IMG/VR virus record: IMGVR_UViG_3300012665_001805
Source: a virus
Lineage: Duplodnaviria; Heunggongvirae; Uroviricota; Caudoviricetes
Reading direction: 5' to 3' (one strand)
DNA: 61,471 bases
Each line of letters opens with the position of its first letter. The stretch's first letter is position 1. A program made the position numbers and the translations under genes. Positions 27,104-37,589 of the stretch are shown here, one piece after another. The notes beneath the pieces were generated by a model. The model was given only the letters and a program-made list of their open reading frames with translations. It was not told the DNA's origin and ran no database searches.

Positions 27104-29275
27104 TTATCCAGGGAATTGAGCTCCTGTTGGTAATAAGATGAAATCTAATGAAATGAATTCAGCTGTACGTGTTGGTTGGATATAAATCTGTCCTACTAAT
27201 TGGTTATTATCAATTACTGCTGGTCCGTTATTAGCTTCGTCCATTACTACTTTGAAGGCATATAATCCTTGTTTTTGTTGAATAGATTCTAAATATGGAG
27301 TTACTCTTGAAACAAATGATGTTCTTGTTGCAATTGTATTTTGTTCGAATACTACTGTATCTGAAATTTGGCGGATATAAGCTTTTAACTCAATTAACAA
27401 ACGTCTAACATTTACACGATCAAGAGCAGAAGCTGCTTTTTGTAATGTTTTTTGTCCGAATACTACAACTCCTTGTTTAGGTAATGTAGCTAATGGGTTA
27501 ATGTTATTAGCGTATAAGTTATCTCTATCTCCTTGAGTTAATTTGTATTTAGTATATGATACTGTAGACAAACCACCTCTGTTAATACCTGCTGGTGCGA
27601 ACCATGGAGCTGAGATTTTATCGTTATTAGCATATACACCTGGGATAACTGTTGATGCTGGTGACCAAACTTGTTTTCCAGTTGATGAATCAGCTAAACG
27701 AACCCAAGGCCAATATGCTGCAGCGTATGAGTTATCAATACTTTGAGCAGCTGTAATTGTGTTAGCTAAATCTCCAGAGTATTCAATTAAATCTACTACA
27801 TATAAACTATCTCCTCTATCTTGAGTATTAGTAATAATGTTATTTACTTGTGTTGAATGTAAATTACTAAATAATCCAGGAGTTGAAATTACATTGTATT
27901 GGTAAAATTCTCTATTGTTAAGAAGGCTAATCATATTGTTGTAATCAGCTCCAACTAAACCTTGAGTATTATTTTGAGTAATATTTTCGTTTAATAAAAT
28001 ATTTGCATTTGTTGTCCCTGTTGCTCCGTTGAATGAACTACTTTGAGCAATTGGTAATGATGCAGTATATTGTGGTTGTGGTTGACCGTTAGCATCTAAA
28101 TAATTAGGTGTATTGTAATTTACAGTTTTAACTCTAATGTAACGTGATTTGTTTGGATAATCACCTGTTACATCCATTTGATTTGTTACTGAGTTATATG
28201 ATAAACTTTGATTACCAATTACTTTAGAAACGTAACGTGGTGAGTTTGGATCTAAACTTACGTTATTCCAAGATTCTAATACAATTTTACTAGCAGCATT
28301 ATCATCTCCTCTTCTAACGATAATATTAAATGTTCCTGATCCAGTATTTGGATTTGTTAATTCCCATCTAACGTTATCTACACTTCCTGATACTAATGCT
28401 CCTAATGTTTGGGAACCTGAGTTATTCATGATGATTCCTTCAGATAGTGTTTCTAAAGTAAATGCTACAGATGAAACTCCATTAGTACCTCCTGAAAGAG
28501 TTGAACTTGAAACAAATTGGCTATTTGCAGATCCTGCAAAAGCATATCCGCCTGGAACAAATCCATATCTAATAATAGTGCCGTTTATAGCTGATGATGA
28601 AACTTTACTTGTAATTGTAAGGAAATCTGTTGATGGGACATATGATCCTGAGAATATTGATCCGATTTCGTTGGTAGTTCCAAAGAATGAAGCTGTAGTT
28701 AAGAATCTAGCGATATTAGCTCCAAATTCATCTACTGTTGGATTGAAAGACATACTAACATATCCTACATTGGAATTGGCATCATAATAATCATATCCAA
28801 AAGTACTTCCTTGTAACCAATAGTCAGTATAAGTTCCTGCTACTGATGGGATACTAAATTTAATAGTACCACCATTTACACCTCCAGCATATGAAGCAGT
28901 GTAACTTGCTGAAATGAGGAATGATGCTGCTGGGAAAGTACCACCTGTTGAGCTAACATTATTGTTTACATTACTTGTTGCAGGTGTATAAGATCCACTT
29001 ACTACACGAGCTACTAATAATGAAGTACCTCCATAGTTAAAGTAGTTGTAAGCTGCTAATGAAGTAAGGTAAGAATAAGAATCTCCACCACTAATGAATG
29101 AATCTCCAAATATTGTTTGAAAGTCAGAATAAGAAGTAACGAATGTAGGAACTTCAACAGGACCTTTAACTGTTGGTCCTATGATAGCAGCACCCGCTTG
29201 TGTAGGTAATCCTACTAAGAATGTGTTGTCTATTTCACTAATTGTTACCCCAGGAGAAATTGAAAAATTTGCCAT
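27104..29275 (-). CDS. Tail sheath protein, copy 2 (gp18-like)
   Basis: SPGVTISEID, IIGPTVKGP, YWPW, WFAPAGINRG, NNINPLA, VVFGQKTLQ, LDRVNVRRLL, QPTRTAEFI. Confidence 0.95.
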   Translation of the reverse strand: MANFSISPGVTISEIDNTFLVGLPTQAGAAIIGPTVKGPVEVPTFVTSYSDFQTIFGDSFISGGDSYSYLTSLAAYNYFNYGGTSLLVARVVSGSYTPATSNVNNNVSSTGGTFPAASFLISASYTASYAGGVNGGTIKFSIPSVAGTYTDYWLQGSTFGYDYYDANSNVGYVSMSFNPTVDEFGANIARFLTTASFFGTTNEIGSIFSGSYVPSTDFLTITSKVSSSAINGTIIRYGFVPGGYAFAGSANSQFVSSSTLSGGTNGVSSVAFTLETLSEGIIMNNSGSQTLGALVSGSVDNVRWELTNPNTGSGTFNIIVRRGDDNAASKIVLESWNNVSLDPNSPRYVSKVIGNQSLSYNSVTNQMDVTGDYPNKSRYIRVKTVNYNTPNYLDANGQPQPQYTASLPIAQSSSFNGATGTTNANILLNENITQNNTQGLVGADYNNMISLLNNREFYQYNVISTPGLFSNLHSTQVNNIITNTQDRGDSLYVVDLIEYSGDLANTITAAQSIDNSYAAAYWPWVRLADSSTGKQVWSPASTVIPGVYANNDKISAPWFAPAGINRGGLSTVSYTKYKLTQGDRDNLYANNINPLATLPKQGVVVFGQKTLQKAASALDRVNVRRLLIELKAYIRQISDTVVFEQNTIATRTSFVSRVTPYLESIQQKQGLYAFKVVMDEANNGPAVIDNNQLVGQIYIQPTRTAEFISLDFILLPTGAQFPG

Positions 29276-29288
29276 TTTATCTTTTTAT

Positions 29289-29296
29289 TATAAATA
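29289..29296 (-). promoter_or_regulatory. Putative late promoter motif
   Basis: Exact TATTTATA upstream of sheath copy 2. Confidence 0.6.
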
Positions 29297-29321
29297 TTAA
29301 TTTTTTTTCTAAAATGTATTA

Positions 29322-31430
29322 TTAAGCAGGAAAAGTTGCTCCTGTTGGCAATACATTAAAGTCTAATATAATGAATTCAGCTGTTCTAGTTGGTTGTAAA
29401 TAAATTTGACCTACTAACTGATTATTGTCTATTACATTAGGTGTATTATTTGATTCATCCATTACAACTTTAAACGCAGTTAAACCTTGTCTTTGTTGAA
29501 CTGATGCTAGGTATGGATTTACTTGGGATAAAAAGTTATTTCTAGTAATTACGTTATTTTGTTCGAATACTAATGTATCTGCTACTTGAGAAATATATGA
29601 TTTTAATTCAATCAATAGACGTCTAACATTTACACGATCTAAAGCACTTGCTTTTTTCTGTAATGTTTTTTGTCCGAATACTACTACACCTGTATTAGGA
29701 AAAGTAGCAATTGAATTTACATTGTTTTCATAAAGTAAATCTCTATTACCTTGAGTTAAATTTCTTTCAGCACGGATAACATTACTTAATACTCCTCTAT
29801 TTGTACCTGCAGGTGCATACCATGGTTCTGCTACTGAATCATTAAATGCATATACTGAAGGGATCATTGTTGAAGCAGGTACCCAAACTTGTTGTCCTGA
29901 ATTAGGATCAATTGTTTGTAACCAAGGCCAATAAGCTGCAGCATATGAAGTATCATATGTAAGAGCATTTGTTGTTACAGGAACAATGTTTGATCCGTAT
30001 CCTACAAGATCTAATACTGTCATTGAATCTCCTCTTCCTTGAACAGTACTAATTAAACTTGTTACTGCACTTATATGTAATGGGTAGTTTGTTGGATCAG
30101 CAACTAAACCAGGTGCTGTTAATAAATTGTATTTGTAAGCATCTTGGTTAGATAATAAAGCTATTGATTGAGTGTAATCATTTGCTGAAAGTCCTTGGAT
30201 ATTTGTATTTGAAATATTTTCATAATACGCTCCAGATACACCTGTTGGTAAATTTTTTCCTGATGCACCATTAAATGTACCACTTGAAGTAACCGGAATA
30301 GATCCAGTATATTCTGGTTTCGGATTTCCAGTATTATCAAAGTATGTTGGTGTTGTATAATTTACTTTTTTAACTCGTATATAACGAGATTTATTGATGT
30401 AATTACCATTCAATTGGACAAAATATTCTCCAGTTGATGAGTCATATACTATTTCTTCTGATTGGTTACCAATTACTTTTTCAATATAATTTGAAGCGAA
30501 TGGATCTAATGATAAGTTACTCCATGATTCTAAAATAGAAGGAGATGCTGTTGAATCATTACCTTGTCTTACTATTAAAGTAAATGTACCATTATTAGTA
30601 TTTGGAGCAGATATTTGCCATCTGTAATTATCTGAAGTGCCATTAGCTAATGTTCCATTAGCATATAATGATCCGGAGCTATTCATTGATTCACCTTCAG
30701 AAAGTGTTTCTATGATAAATGCTTCAGTATTTGTACCTCCAGTAAAGTTTACTATAGTACTTCCAGAAACATAGTAATATGAATTACCTGCTAATCCATT
30801 AATATTTTTAGATGTTAAAACTATACTTGGGGAAGATGTACTTGCTGTAATATAATTTAATAAAGTGCTATACTGTGATAAAGAATGACTAGCATTAAAT
30901 ACTGCAGATGATGTGGCTACATAATTTGCTACTGTAGATGAAGCAAATGATGATGTATTTATATAAATTGTTGTTGTAGTATTAGCTGCTGTTGATCCAG
31001 TGTAATACAATGTGACTCCATTTATATTTAATGAAGCGGATCCTACAGCTGCTACACTAGCAGACACATATGTTAAATTAATGGTTGAAGATGCAGAAGT
31101 TAATACATTTGCCGTTGGTATAGTGGATGATGTAGCCGGTGAGAAATTTCCACTAACTACACGTGTTACCAATAAAGAATTACCTCCGTTATTAAAGTAG
31201 TTATATGCCGAAATAGAAGTTAAGTAAGTAAATGTTTGACTTCCACTTAAAAATGTAGATCCAAATTTATTTAAATAATCACTATATGTGGTACATATCG
31301 TTGGGATACCTACTTTTCCTTTAACTGTTGGGCCTATAATAGCAGCACCTGCTTGAACAGGAGCTTGAGTAATAAATGATTGATCGTTCTCTATAGCTAA
31401 TACACCAGGTGATACAATTGTTTCTGCCAT
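29322..31430 (-). CDS. Tail sheath protein, copy 1 (gp18-like)
   Basis: SPGVLAIEND, IIGPTVKG, YWPW, WYAPAGTNRG, VFGQKTLQ, LDRVNVRRLL, QPTRTAEFI. Confidence 0.95.
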   Translation of the reverse strand: MAETIVSPGVLAIENDQSFITQAPVQAGAAIIGPTVKGKVGIPTICTTYSDYLNKFGSTFLSGSQTFTYLTSISAYNYFNNGGNSLLVTRVVSGNFSPATSSTIPTANVLTSASSTINLTYVSASVAAVGSASLNINGVTLYYTGSTAANTTTTIYINTSSFASSTVANYVATSSAVFNASHSLSQYSTLLNYITASTSSPSIVLTSKNINGLAGNSYYYVSGSTIVNFTGGTNTEAFIIETLSEGESMNSSGSLYANGTLANGTSDNYRWQISAPNTNNGTFTLIVRQGNDSTASPSILESWSNLSLDPFASNYIEKVIGNQSEEIVYDSSTGEYFVQLNGNYINKSRYIRVKKVNYTTPTYFDNTGNPKPEYTGSIPVTSSGTFNGASGKNLPTGVSGAYYENISNTNIQGLSANDYTQSIALLSNQDAYKYNLLTAPGLVADPTNYPLHISAVTSLISTVQGRGDSMTVLDLVGYGSNIVPVTTNALTYDTSYAAAYWPWLQTIDPNSGQQVWVPASTMIPSVYAFNDSVAEPWYAPAGTNRGVLSNVIRAERNLTQGNRDLLYENNVNSIATFPNTGVVVFGQKTLQKKASALDRVNVRRLLIELKSYISQVADTLVFEQNNVITRNNFLSQVNPYLASVQQRQGLTAFKVVMDESNNTPNVIDNNQLVGQIYLQPTRTAEFIILDFNVLPTGATFPA

Positions 31431-31452
31431 CTGTTTAATAAATTATTTTTGT

Positions 31453-31460
31453 TATAAATA
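31453..31460 (-). promoter_or_regulatory. Putative late promoter motif
   Basis: Exact TATTTATA upstream of sheath copy 1. Confidence 0.6.
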
Positions 31461-31479
31461 TGGTGTATTTCAAACTAAA

Positions 31480-31743
31480 TTAATCTAATTTAGTAATCTC
31501 ACCTGTTTCTGGATTGAGGTTAACTTTACCGTAGGTTTGAAATACGGATTTGGTAAATTCTCTCTCTTGGGTAGACAAATCAGCTAAATAATTTTTAGCA
31601 TTTTGGTGTCTATTCTCTAACTGAATTTTTAATAATTCAATTTCACCTAATTCTAAAATAATGGATTGAGTACCATTTTGAATTGTTTTTAATGTTTGTA
31701 ACTCTTCTTCGGTTAAAAACTTTTTTTCTGTAACTATTGACAT
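31480..31743 (-). CDS. Small coiled-coil protein (possible fibre assembly helper)
   Basis: 87 aa, heptad-rich, follows the fibre cluster. Confidence 0.6.
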   Translation of the reverse strand: MSIVTEKKFLTEEELQTLKTIQNGTQSIILELGEIELLKIQLENRHQNAKNYLADLSTQEREFTKSVFQTYGKVNLNPETGEITKLD

Positions 31744-31764
31744 ATATTTAAATTTAAAAGATTA

Positions 31765-32460
31765 TTATAATGGATCTTGGTTTCGTGTACAATATAAAAC
31801 AAGATTATGTGATACCTTAGTTGCTGGTGTAGACCATGTTGTTGGGGTTCTCCAAGATACATACATTACTTCATTAGGTGACCATGTTTCTGATGCTATA
31901 GGAGTAATAGATGAATTAAAGTCTAAACTATGGTTAAGTGCTGTAAGTGCATATGAAGTTCCTCCAATGAATAATGTATACGATGAAGATTCTGAGGTTC
32001 CTAATACTCCATTGACTGTAGTAGATAAACTAGCCTTTGTTACATTCATTGATGTTGGTGGATAGATCCCTGCTCTCCCAGATGCAGTTGGTAGTGTTCC
32101 TCCAGTTGATCCAGTAATGGGATTTATTGCAAAATAATATATAGTATTTGCAAGTGGTGTTTGAACTATACCATGATGTAGTTGGATAACTAAAGTATCT
32201 GTGGATCTATTAGCATATGAAGAATTACTTGCTGATAATATGTTAAAGGCATGAGATGCATTATCGGCATATGAAGCACTTGTAATTAAAGTACCTGTTA
32301 TAGCTTGATTTGGGAGTAATGAACCTGTTATAGTTAATGAACCTGATAAGGTAATATCATATGCTTGAATACCTGCAAAGGCATCTATTGATTGAGTAAC
32401 ATGCCATGTTCTAATGGTATTGGCTGTTGTAATACCTGATTTCGATAATGTATTAGCCAT
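31765..32460 (-). CDS. Short fibre/appendage paralog 3
   Basis: N-terminal MANTLSKSGI...WHVTQSIDAF...AYDITLSGSL shared with two upstream paralogs; distinct C-terminus. Confidence 0.65.
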   Translation of the reverse strand: MANTLSKSGITTANTIRTWHVTQSIDAFAGIQAYDITLSGSLTITGSLLPNQAITGTLITSASYADNASHAFNILSASNSSYANRSTDTLVIQLHHGIVQTPLANTIYYFAINPITGSTGGTLPTASGRAGIYPPTSMNVTKASLSTTVNGVLGTSESSSYTLFIGGTSYALTALNHSLDFNSSITPIASETWSPNEVMYVSWRTPTTWSTPATKVSHNLVLYCTRNQDPL

Positions 32461-33118
32461 TTCGTTTTATATATAAATTTATACTGTGTATTACGTTTGA
32501 TGCTGTTGGGGCTGTTGATGTTGTAAATTTAGCATATATTCTATCTCCTAAAGAAGCAGTGGATGTTATTTCTAAAGCATCAATTACACTATCTATTCTT
32601 CTATTATATACTGCATTTGCAGAAAAATCGTGAATTTTTGTATTATTTTTAAATAAATTTACAGTAGATACTAATGAACTAGTAGTACCTAAAACAGTCC
32701 ATGTTAAACTAGCACTAACTATTCTTCCGCTAGTATAAGGAAAAGCAAATCCTACTGAAGATGAGGTATCTGTAATTGTACCTGTTCCTACATAATATAT
32801 TGAGGAGGAAAATAGTGTTGTTTGTTCATTATAAAGTTGAATAATACTAGTTTCATTATCAGCATATGATGTACTTACAGCATATTGAGATGTATTACCA
32901 GAGGTAACAGTAGATGAAGTAGTAACAAAAGAAGCTGTACCGGAAAAATCTCTATTAATAGTTGTATTTAAAAATACGCTACCTGTTACAGTTAATGAAC
33001 CTGATAAGGTAATATCATATGCTTGGGTACCATTAAAAGCATCAATTGATTGGGTAACGTGTCCTACTTGAACTACACTACCCGATGATATTCCGGTTTT
33101 TGATAAAATATTAGCCAT
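32453..33118 (-). CDS. Short fibre/appendage paralog 2
   Basis: MANILSKTGI...HVTQSIDAF...AYDITLSGSL; 8-nt overlap with neighbours. Confidence 0.65.
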   Translation of the reverse strand: MANILSKTGISSGSVVQVGHVTQSIDAFNGTQAYDITLSGSLTVTGSVFLNTTINRDFSGTASFVTTSSTVTSGNTSQYAVSTSYADNETSIIQLYNEQTTLFSSSIYYVGTGTITDTSSSVGFAFPYTSGRIVSASLTWTVLGTTSSLVSTVNLFKNNTKIHDFSANAVYNRRIDSVIDALEITSTASLGDRIYAKFTTSTAPTASNVIHSINLYIKRNG

Positions 33119-33788
33119 TTATAGGTTTAAGTGTTAGTATTATATTATGAGAAACATATGTTGGGATAGGAGTTTGAGTATCGGTAGTTAATTTAAACCA
33201 TAAACGTGTTCCTGAGGGGAATGTTAATGTGTTAGGGGATTCATCAAAATAACTATATGCATCTTTATATTGAACGGGATTACCAAAAGTATATTCTGAA
33301 GTACTATCACCACTCATTAATTGTAATTCACTAGTTGTCATACCCTCAGTTTTACAAATGGAAACTACAGTAACATTTCCTACAACTTGAGAATCTACAG
33401 GAAGTGTAATACCATATGTTCCTGGGCCTGAGATTAATTCTTCACCTGCTCCTATTCCATATATTCTACCAAGTTGGAATCCGGCTATTGTTGTTGGGCT
33501 ATAAAACTGTAATGTATACTGGTTGGATGAATTATAGTCAGCTCTAGAGGCACTAGTAACTGTTGGGGTATATCCAGCATAAGAAGAAGTAATAGCAAGA
33601 GAAGCAGATGTTGATGTTCTTCCAAAAACAGTTCCTCTAACTTTTAAACTTCCTGTTACCTTAAATGATCCGGATACAGTGATATCATATGCATCTACTT
33701 TTGTAAAAGCATCTACAGATTGGGATACGTGCCATGCCTCTACACCTTGCCCATTAACTATTCCAGATTTTGATAATGTTTTAGCCAT
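33111..33788 (-). CDS. Short fibre/appendage paralog 1
   Basis: MAKTLSKSGI...WHVSQSVDAF...AYDITVSGSF. Confidence 0.65.
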   Translation of the reverse strand: MAKTLSKSGIVNGQGVEAWHVSQSVDAFTKVDAYDITVSGSFKVTGSLKVRGTVFGRTSTSASLAITSSYAGYTPTVTSASRADYNSSNQYTLQFYSPTTIAGFQLGRIYGIGAGEELISGPGTYGITLPVDSQVVGNVTVVSICKTEGMTTSELQLMSGDSTSEYTFGNPVQYKDAYSYFDESPNTLTFPSGTRLWFKLTTDTQTPIPTYVSHNIILTLKPING

Positions 33789-33793
33789 TTAAT

Positions 33794-33801
33794 TATAAAT
33801 A
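33794..33801 (-). promoter_or_regulatory. Putative late promoter motif
   Basis: Exact TATTTATA, 5 nt before ATG at 33788. Confidence 0.55.
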
Positions 33802-34038
33802 TTAAAGCATTTCAATATCATTAGTATTGATAGAGAAATCACTTACTGATAATATGTCTCCGTCTAGGGTAAAATCAGTAGTGTATGTTAAAGGTGTTCC
33901 TGCAGGGATGTTTGAGGTATCAATTGCTAAACCATAACAGGCTCCTTCAATATAAACGTTAATAATTTGGTTGTAATCAAAATCAATTAATTCAACTGCG
34001 GTTAGAGTTTTGTCTTTTAAGAATTCGTTAAGTGTCAT
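33802..34038 (-). CDS. Hypothetical small acidic protein
   Basis: 78-aa ORF filling the gap between fibre genes. Confidence 0.55.
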   Translation of the reverse strand: MTLNEFLKDKTLTAVELIDFDYNQIINVYIEGACYGLAIDTSNIPAGTPLTYTTDFTLDGDILSVSDFSINTNDIEML

Positions 34039-34050
34039 AATTTTTATTTT

Positions 34051-36411
34051 TTAAGTATCTAAATATACCCCTTTAGGGAAATAATTGAATCCAGTTTGGA
34101 TACTACTAGAAACTACAAATGTAGTATCTCTAGAACCACTTGGAAGAATTTTTACTAATCCATTTACTATAGAGCCACTATATGTTGTAAAAGCACCACA
34201 TACATAAATATTACTATCTGAATCTTCAACAATTGAATCATTATATGGTTCATTAGGCCAAATATCAAACCCAGTACCAACAACAAATGTAGTATCGATA
34301 GATCCACTAGATAGGAGTCTTGCTATTCTTGGAGTAGATGATCCATTATATGTAGTATATTCACCTAGTGTTAATATTTTTCCGTTATTTAAAGCTTTTA
34401 CGTAAGCACAAGTAAAATTAAATCCTGTACCTGTAGAAAAAGTAGTATCTAAAGCACCACTAGGTAAAAGTCTTGCTATTCTAAATACACTAGATCCATT
34501 ATATGTGGTGAAAGTGTTTCCTGAAACAAGGATTTTACCATCTGATTGTATGTCTGAAGAATATAAATTGGCAGTTGAATTTACTCCTGTGCCTATACTA
34601 AAGGTTGTATCTATTGTACCATTTGTGTTAAGTCTTACTATTTTACTAACTGATGATCCGCTATATGTTGTAAAACTACCAACACAAACAAATTTTCCGT
34701 CAGGTTGTACTACAATAGAAGCTACAGTACTATTAAAACCGGTTCCCATATTAAAAGAAGTATCTATAGATCCACTAGGCATAATTTTTACAATTCTATT
34801 AACTGTTGAACCACTATATGTTGTAAAATCTCCAACAGATATTAAATAATTAGAAGGTAACGCCTTAAGAGTCCACATACCTGTAGATTGAAATCCTAAA
34901 GTTCCAGCATTAAAAGTACTATCTAAAGTATTATCTGTATTTAGTCGAATAATACTAAATTTATTTACATCATTAAAGTAGTAATATGAACCCCCAATTA
35001 CAATTTTTCCATCATTTTGTTTTACTCTAGCGCGTACAGATGCAGCTGGGGTGTATATACCTATACCTGAAAATCCGGTACCTATATATGGGGTAGGGAT
35101 TACAGATCCAGTAGTATCTAAATTAATATAACCACCATACATTGGTGATTTCCAAGTTTTTATATTATGTCCGGCTAATGTAACAAAACTTCCACTGGAC
35201 ATAACTGAAAATACTTGTGATCCTGAATTAAGGCCATTTACACCTCCACTTCCTGAGGTGTTAAAGGTTGTATCTATTGTACCATTTGTATTAAGTCTTA
35301 CAATTCCATTAACTAATGAGCCACTATATGAAGAAAAACTCCCTCCAACATATATTTTTCCATTAGCATCAATAAATAAATTTTGATCAGTACCAACACC
35401 TGCTACTTGAAATGAATAACTATTAAATCCTGTTCCTACATTAAATGTATTATCTATAGATCCATTTGTATTTAATCGAACAATTCTATTTACTGAGGAT
35501 CCACTATATGTTGTAAAGTTTCCATAGGCTATTACTTTTCCATCTGATTGAAGAGCTAGTGATGTTGGAGCACCATTAAATGCTCCAACTCCTGATTGTC
35601 CTGAGGTGAAAGTAGTATCTAAGCTTCCACTAATATTTAGTCGAGCAAAGTAATTAGCTGTTGATCCATTATAAGTTGTAAAACCTCCACCTACTATAAT
35701 CTTACCATCTGATTGAACTAAAATTGAATTTACATTACTATTAAACCCTGTTCCGGTAACAAATCCAGTATCTGGAGATCCGTTAGAGTTTATTCGAGAA
35801 ATTCCATTAGTAGTGGAACCACTAGTAGTAGTAAAATTTCCACCAACTACTGCTTTTCCATCAGATTGTGTTACAAATGTGTATACTGGGGTGCCTACTT
35901 GAGGGTTATAAGTAAGATCTCTAGTTCCATTAGAGTTAATTTTAACAAATCCCCCACAAGAAGAACCACTATAAAAAGTAAAGAGACCACCTACTAAAGT
36001 AGTACTACCAGACACTTGCATTTTATATACATAGTTAGTAAATCCCGCGTTACCTGTAACCCAAGTAGTATCTTTAACTCCAGTAAGATTTACTCTAGCT
36101 CCTCTAGTGGAAATACTTCCACTATAGTATGAAAAACTACCTCCTACTAAAACTTTATTATCTGATTGGAATGTACTGGTGAATGTGTAATCTGTTTGAT
36201 CACTAGCATTGAATCCAGCGTTTAGATTGTATGTTAAACTTCCATTATTAAAAGATGTTACTTGAGATCCAGTGGTATTTAGAACTGCAAAATTACCTAA
36301 ATAATAATTTTTATAAGCATAAAAATTACCTACCACATATAAACTTTTAGGGGAAGCTATATTAGGATTATAAAATGAAGGATCAATGCTGAATGCGAAT
36401 GGTATAAACAT
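34051..36411 (-). CDS. Delta-60 repeat beta-propeller protein (putative receptor-binding)
   Basis: About 14 repeats of Q(S/P)DGKI.VGG.FTTY.GS..N.I.RLN.NG..DTTF..GTGFN; no signal peptide. Confidence 0.8.
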   Translation of the reverse strand: MFIPFAFSIDPSFYNPNIASPKSLYVVGNFYAYKNYYLGNFAVLNTTGSQVTSFNNGSLTYNLNAGFNASDQTDYTFTSTFQSDNKVLVGGSFSYYSGSISTRGARVNLTGVKDTTWVTGNAGFTNYVYKMQVSGSTTLVGGLFTFYSGSSCGGFVKINSNGTRDLTYNPQVGTPVYTFVTQSDGKAVVGGNFTTTSGSTTNGISRINSNGSPDTGFVTGTGFNSNVNSILVQSDGKIIVGGGFTTYNGSTANYFARLNISGSLDTTFTSGQSGVGAFNGAPTSLALQSDGKVIAYGNFTTYSGSSVNRIVRLNTNGSIDNTFNVGTGFNSYSFQVAGVGTDQNLFIDANGKIYVGGSFSSYSGSLVNGIVRLNTNGTIDTTFNTSGSGGVNGLNSGSQVFSVMSSGSFVTLAGHNIKTWKSPMYGGYINLDTTGSVIPTPYIGTGFSGIGIYTPAASVRARVKQNDGKIVIGGSYYYFNDVNKFSIIRLNTDNTLDSTFNAGTLGFQSTGMWTLKALPSNYLISVGDFTTYSGSTVNRIVKIMPSGSIDTSFNMGTGFNSTVASIVVQPDGKFVCVGSFTTYSGSSVSKIVRLNTNGTIDTTFSIGTGVNSTANLYSSDIQSDGKILVSGNTFTTYNGSSVFRIARLLPSGALDTTFSTGTGFNFTCAYVKALNNGKILTLGEYTTYNGSSTPRIARLLSSGSIDTTFVVGTGFDIWPNEPYNDSIVEDSDSNIYVCGAFTTYSGSIVNGLVKILPSGSRDTTFVVSSSIQTGFNYFPKGVYLDT

Positions 36412-36412
36412 A

Positions 36413-37573
36413 TTATATTAATCTTTTAACGTAACTTAAATATAAATTAGATGTATCAAAAGAAATCAATGATACTATATCATAGGCACTTAATGCTGTA
36501 GATGCTGTATAAGCTGAACCACTTGGTTGTTTAACAGTAGTTGGCCAAGAAACACCACCTGCAGATCCTGCAGCTTGTTGTATTCTAATACTTACTGTTT
36601 GACCTGCTCTAATGTTGGATGGGTTAATATGTGTTGTGGAAGAGTTATTTAGTTGGACAAAGAAAAAGTTACCTGCACTTAGATCTAAAGATGCTGTTCC
36701 TGAGATAACTGAAGAGGATATAACATTTCCTAATTGGGAACCTGTTATTACTGTACTTCCACTAATATCAAATACTCCATTTAATGATCCTGTTTTATTA
36801 ATAGCAACTTGACTACCTGTTATAGTAATATTTGGAGTAGCTGTTGGGTTACTAAATAGAAAGAATGATTGTGAGAATGGTGTTGTGGAGGTAGCATTTC
36901 CTATTCTTAAATTACCTCCAACATTATATAAATATGCATCTAAGGCATTACCAAAATCGGTACCTCCATAAAAATATGCAGGATTCAAACCACTATTATT
37001 GATACCCATATCAATATAGTTATTAAGAACAGTACCTGTATCAGCATATACTGCAAAATCTCCAGAGGCAGAAGCACCTGTGTTAGTATTTCTTACAGAG
37101 AATTCTGCATATCCGTTTTGATTTCCAACAAATTGTCCTAATGTTGGATTGGTTGTGTTGGTTAATATAGAACCGGATATTGTTACGGATTGATTTAATG
37201 TGTTAACAAATGAAGCAGTTCTAGCATTAGATGCAGTTGTGGCATTTAGTGCATATGAAGCACTTGTAGCACTAGTTGCATTAGTTGCTGTAAGTGCATT
37301 ACCCGCAAAATTTGTAGCTGTTAAAGTATTTGTGGAAGGATTAAATGTTAATGTATTTGAATCAACAAGTAATGATTGGTTACCTGAAGTTCCTGAAACA
37401 AATGTTAGAAAATAGTTAATGTTGGTTGAAGTATCATTTGTTACTATGGAATTTTGAGAATTTAATGCATATGAAGCACTCGTAACACTCCCTAATACTG
37501 TTTGGGCTGTTAAAGCATATGAAGCAGTTACTGCATTTATACCATTACCATTGATTTCACTTATATTTGCCAT
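36413..37573 (-). CDS. Tail fibre/appendage protein
   Basis: SASYA repeats, shared VDSNTLTFN module, C-terminal LDLSAGNFF...GQTVSIRIQQ...VSWP...YDIVSL fibre-tip-type domain. Confidence 0.7.
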   Translation of the reverse strand: MANISEINGNGINAVTASYALTAQTVLGSVTSASYALNSQNSIVTNDTSTNINYFLTFVSGTSGNQSLLVDSNTLTFNPSTNTLTATNFAGNALTATNATSATSASYALNATTASNARTASFVNTLNQSVTISGSILTNTTNPTLGQFVGNQNGYAEFSVRNTNTGASASGDFAVYADTGTVLNNYIDMGINNSGLNPAYFYGGTDFGNALDAYLYNVGGNLRIGNATSTTPFSQSFFLFSNPTATPNITITGSQVAINKTGSLNGVFDISGSTVITGSQLGNVISSSVISGTASLDLSAGNFFFVQLNNSSTTHINPSNIRAGQTVSIRIQQAAGSAGGVSWPTTVKQPSGSAYTASTALSAYDIVSLISFDTSNLYLSYVKRLI

Positions 37574-37589
37574 TTTATATCTTATTTAA

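Noticed and set aside
17599-31430. Bacterial eCIS/T6SS locus or host chromosome rather than a phage
   Set aside because: Complete head, packaging and replication modules are contiguous and co-oriented; no housekeeping operons are present.
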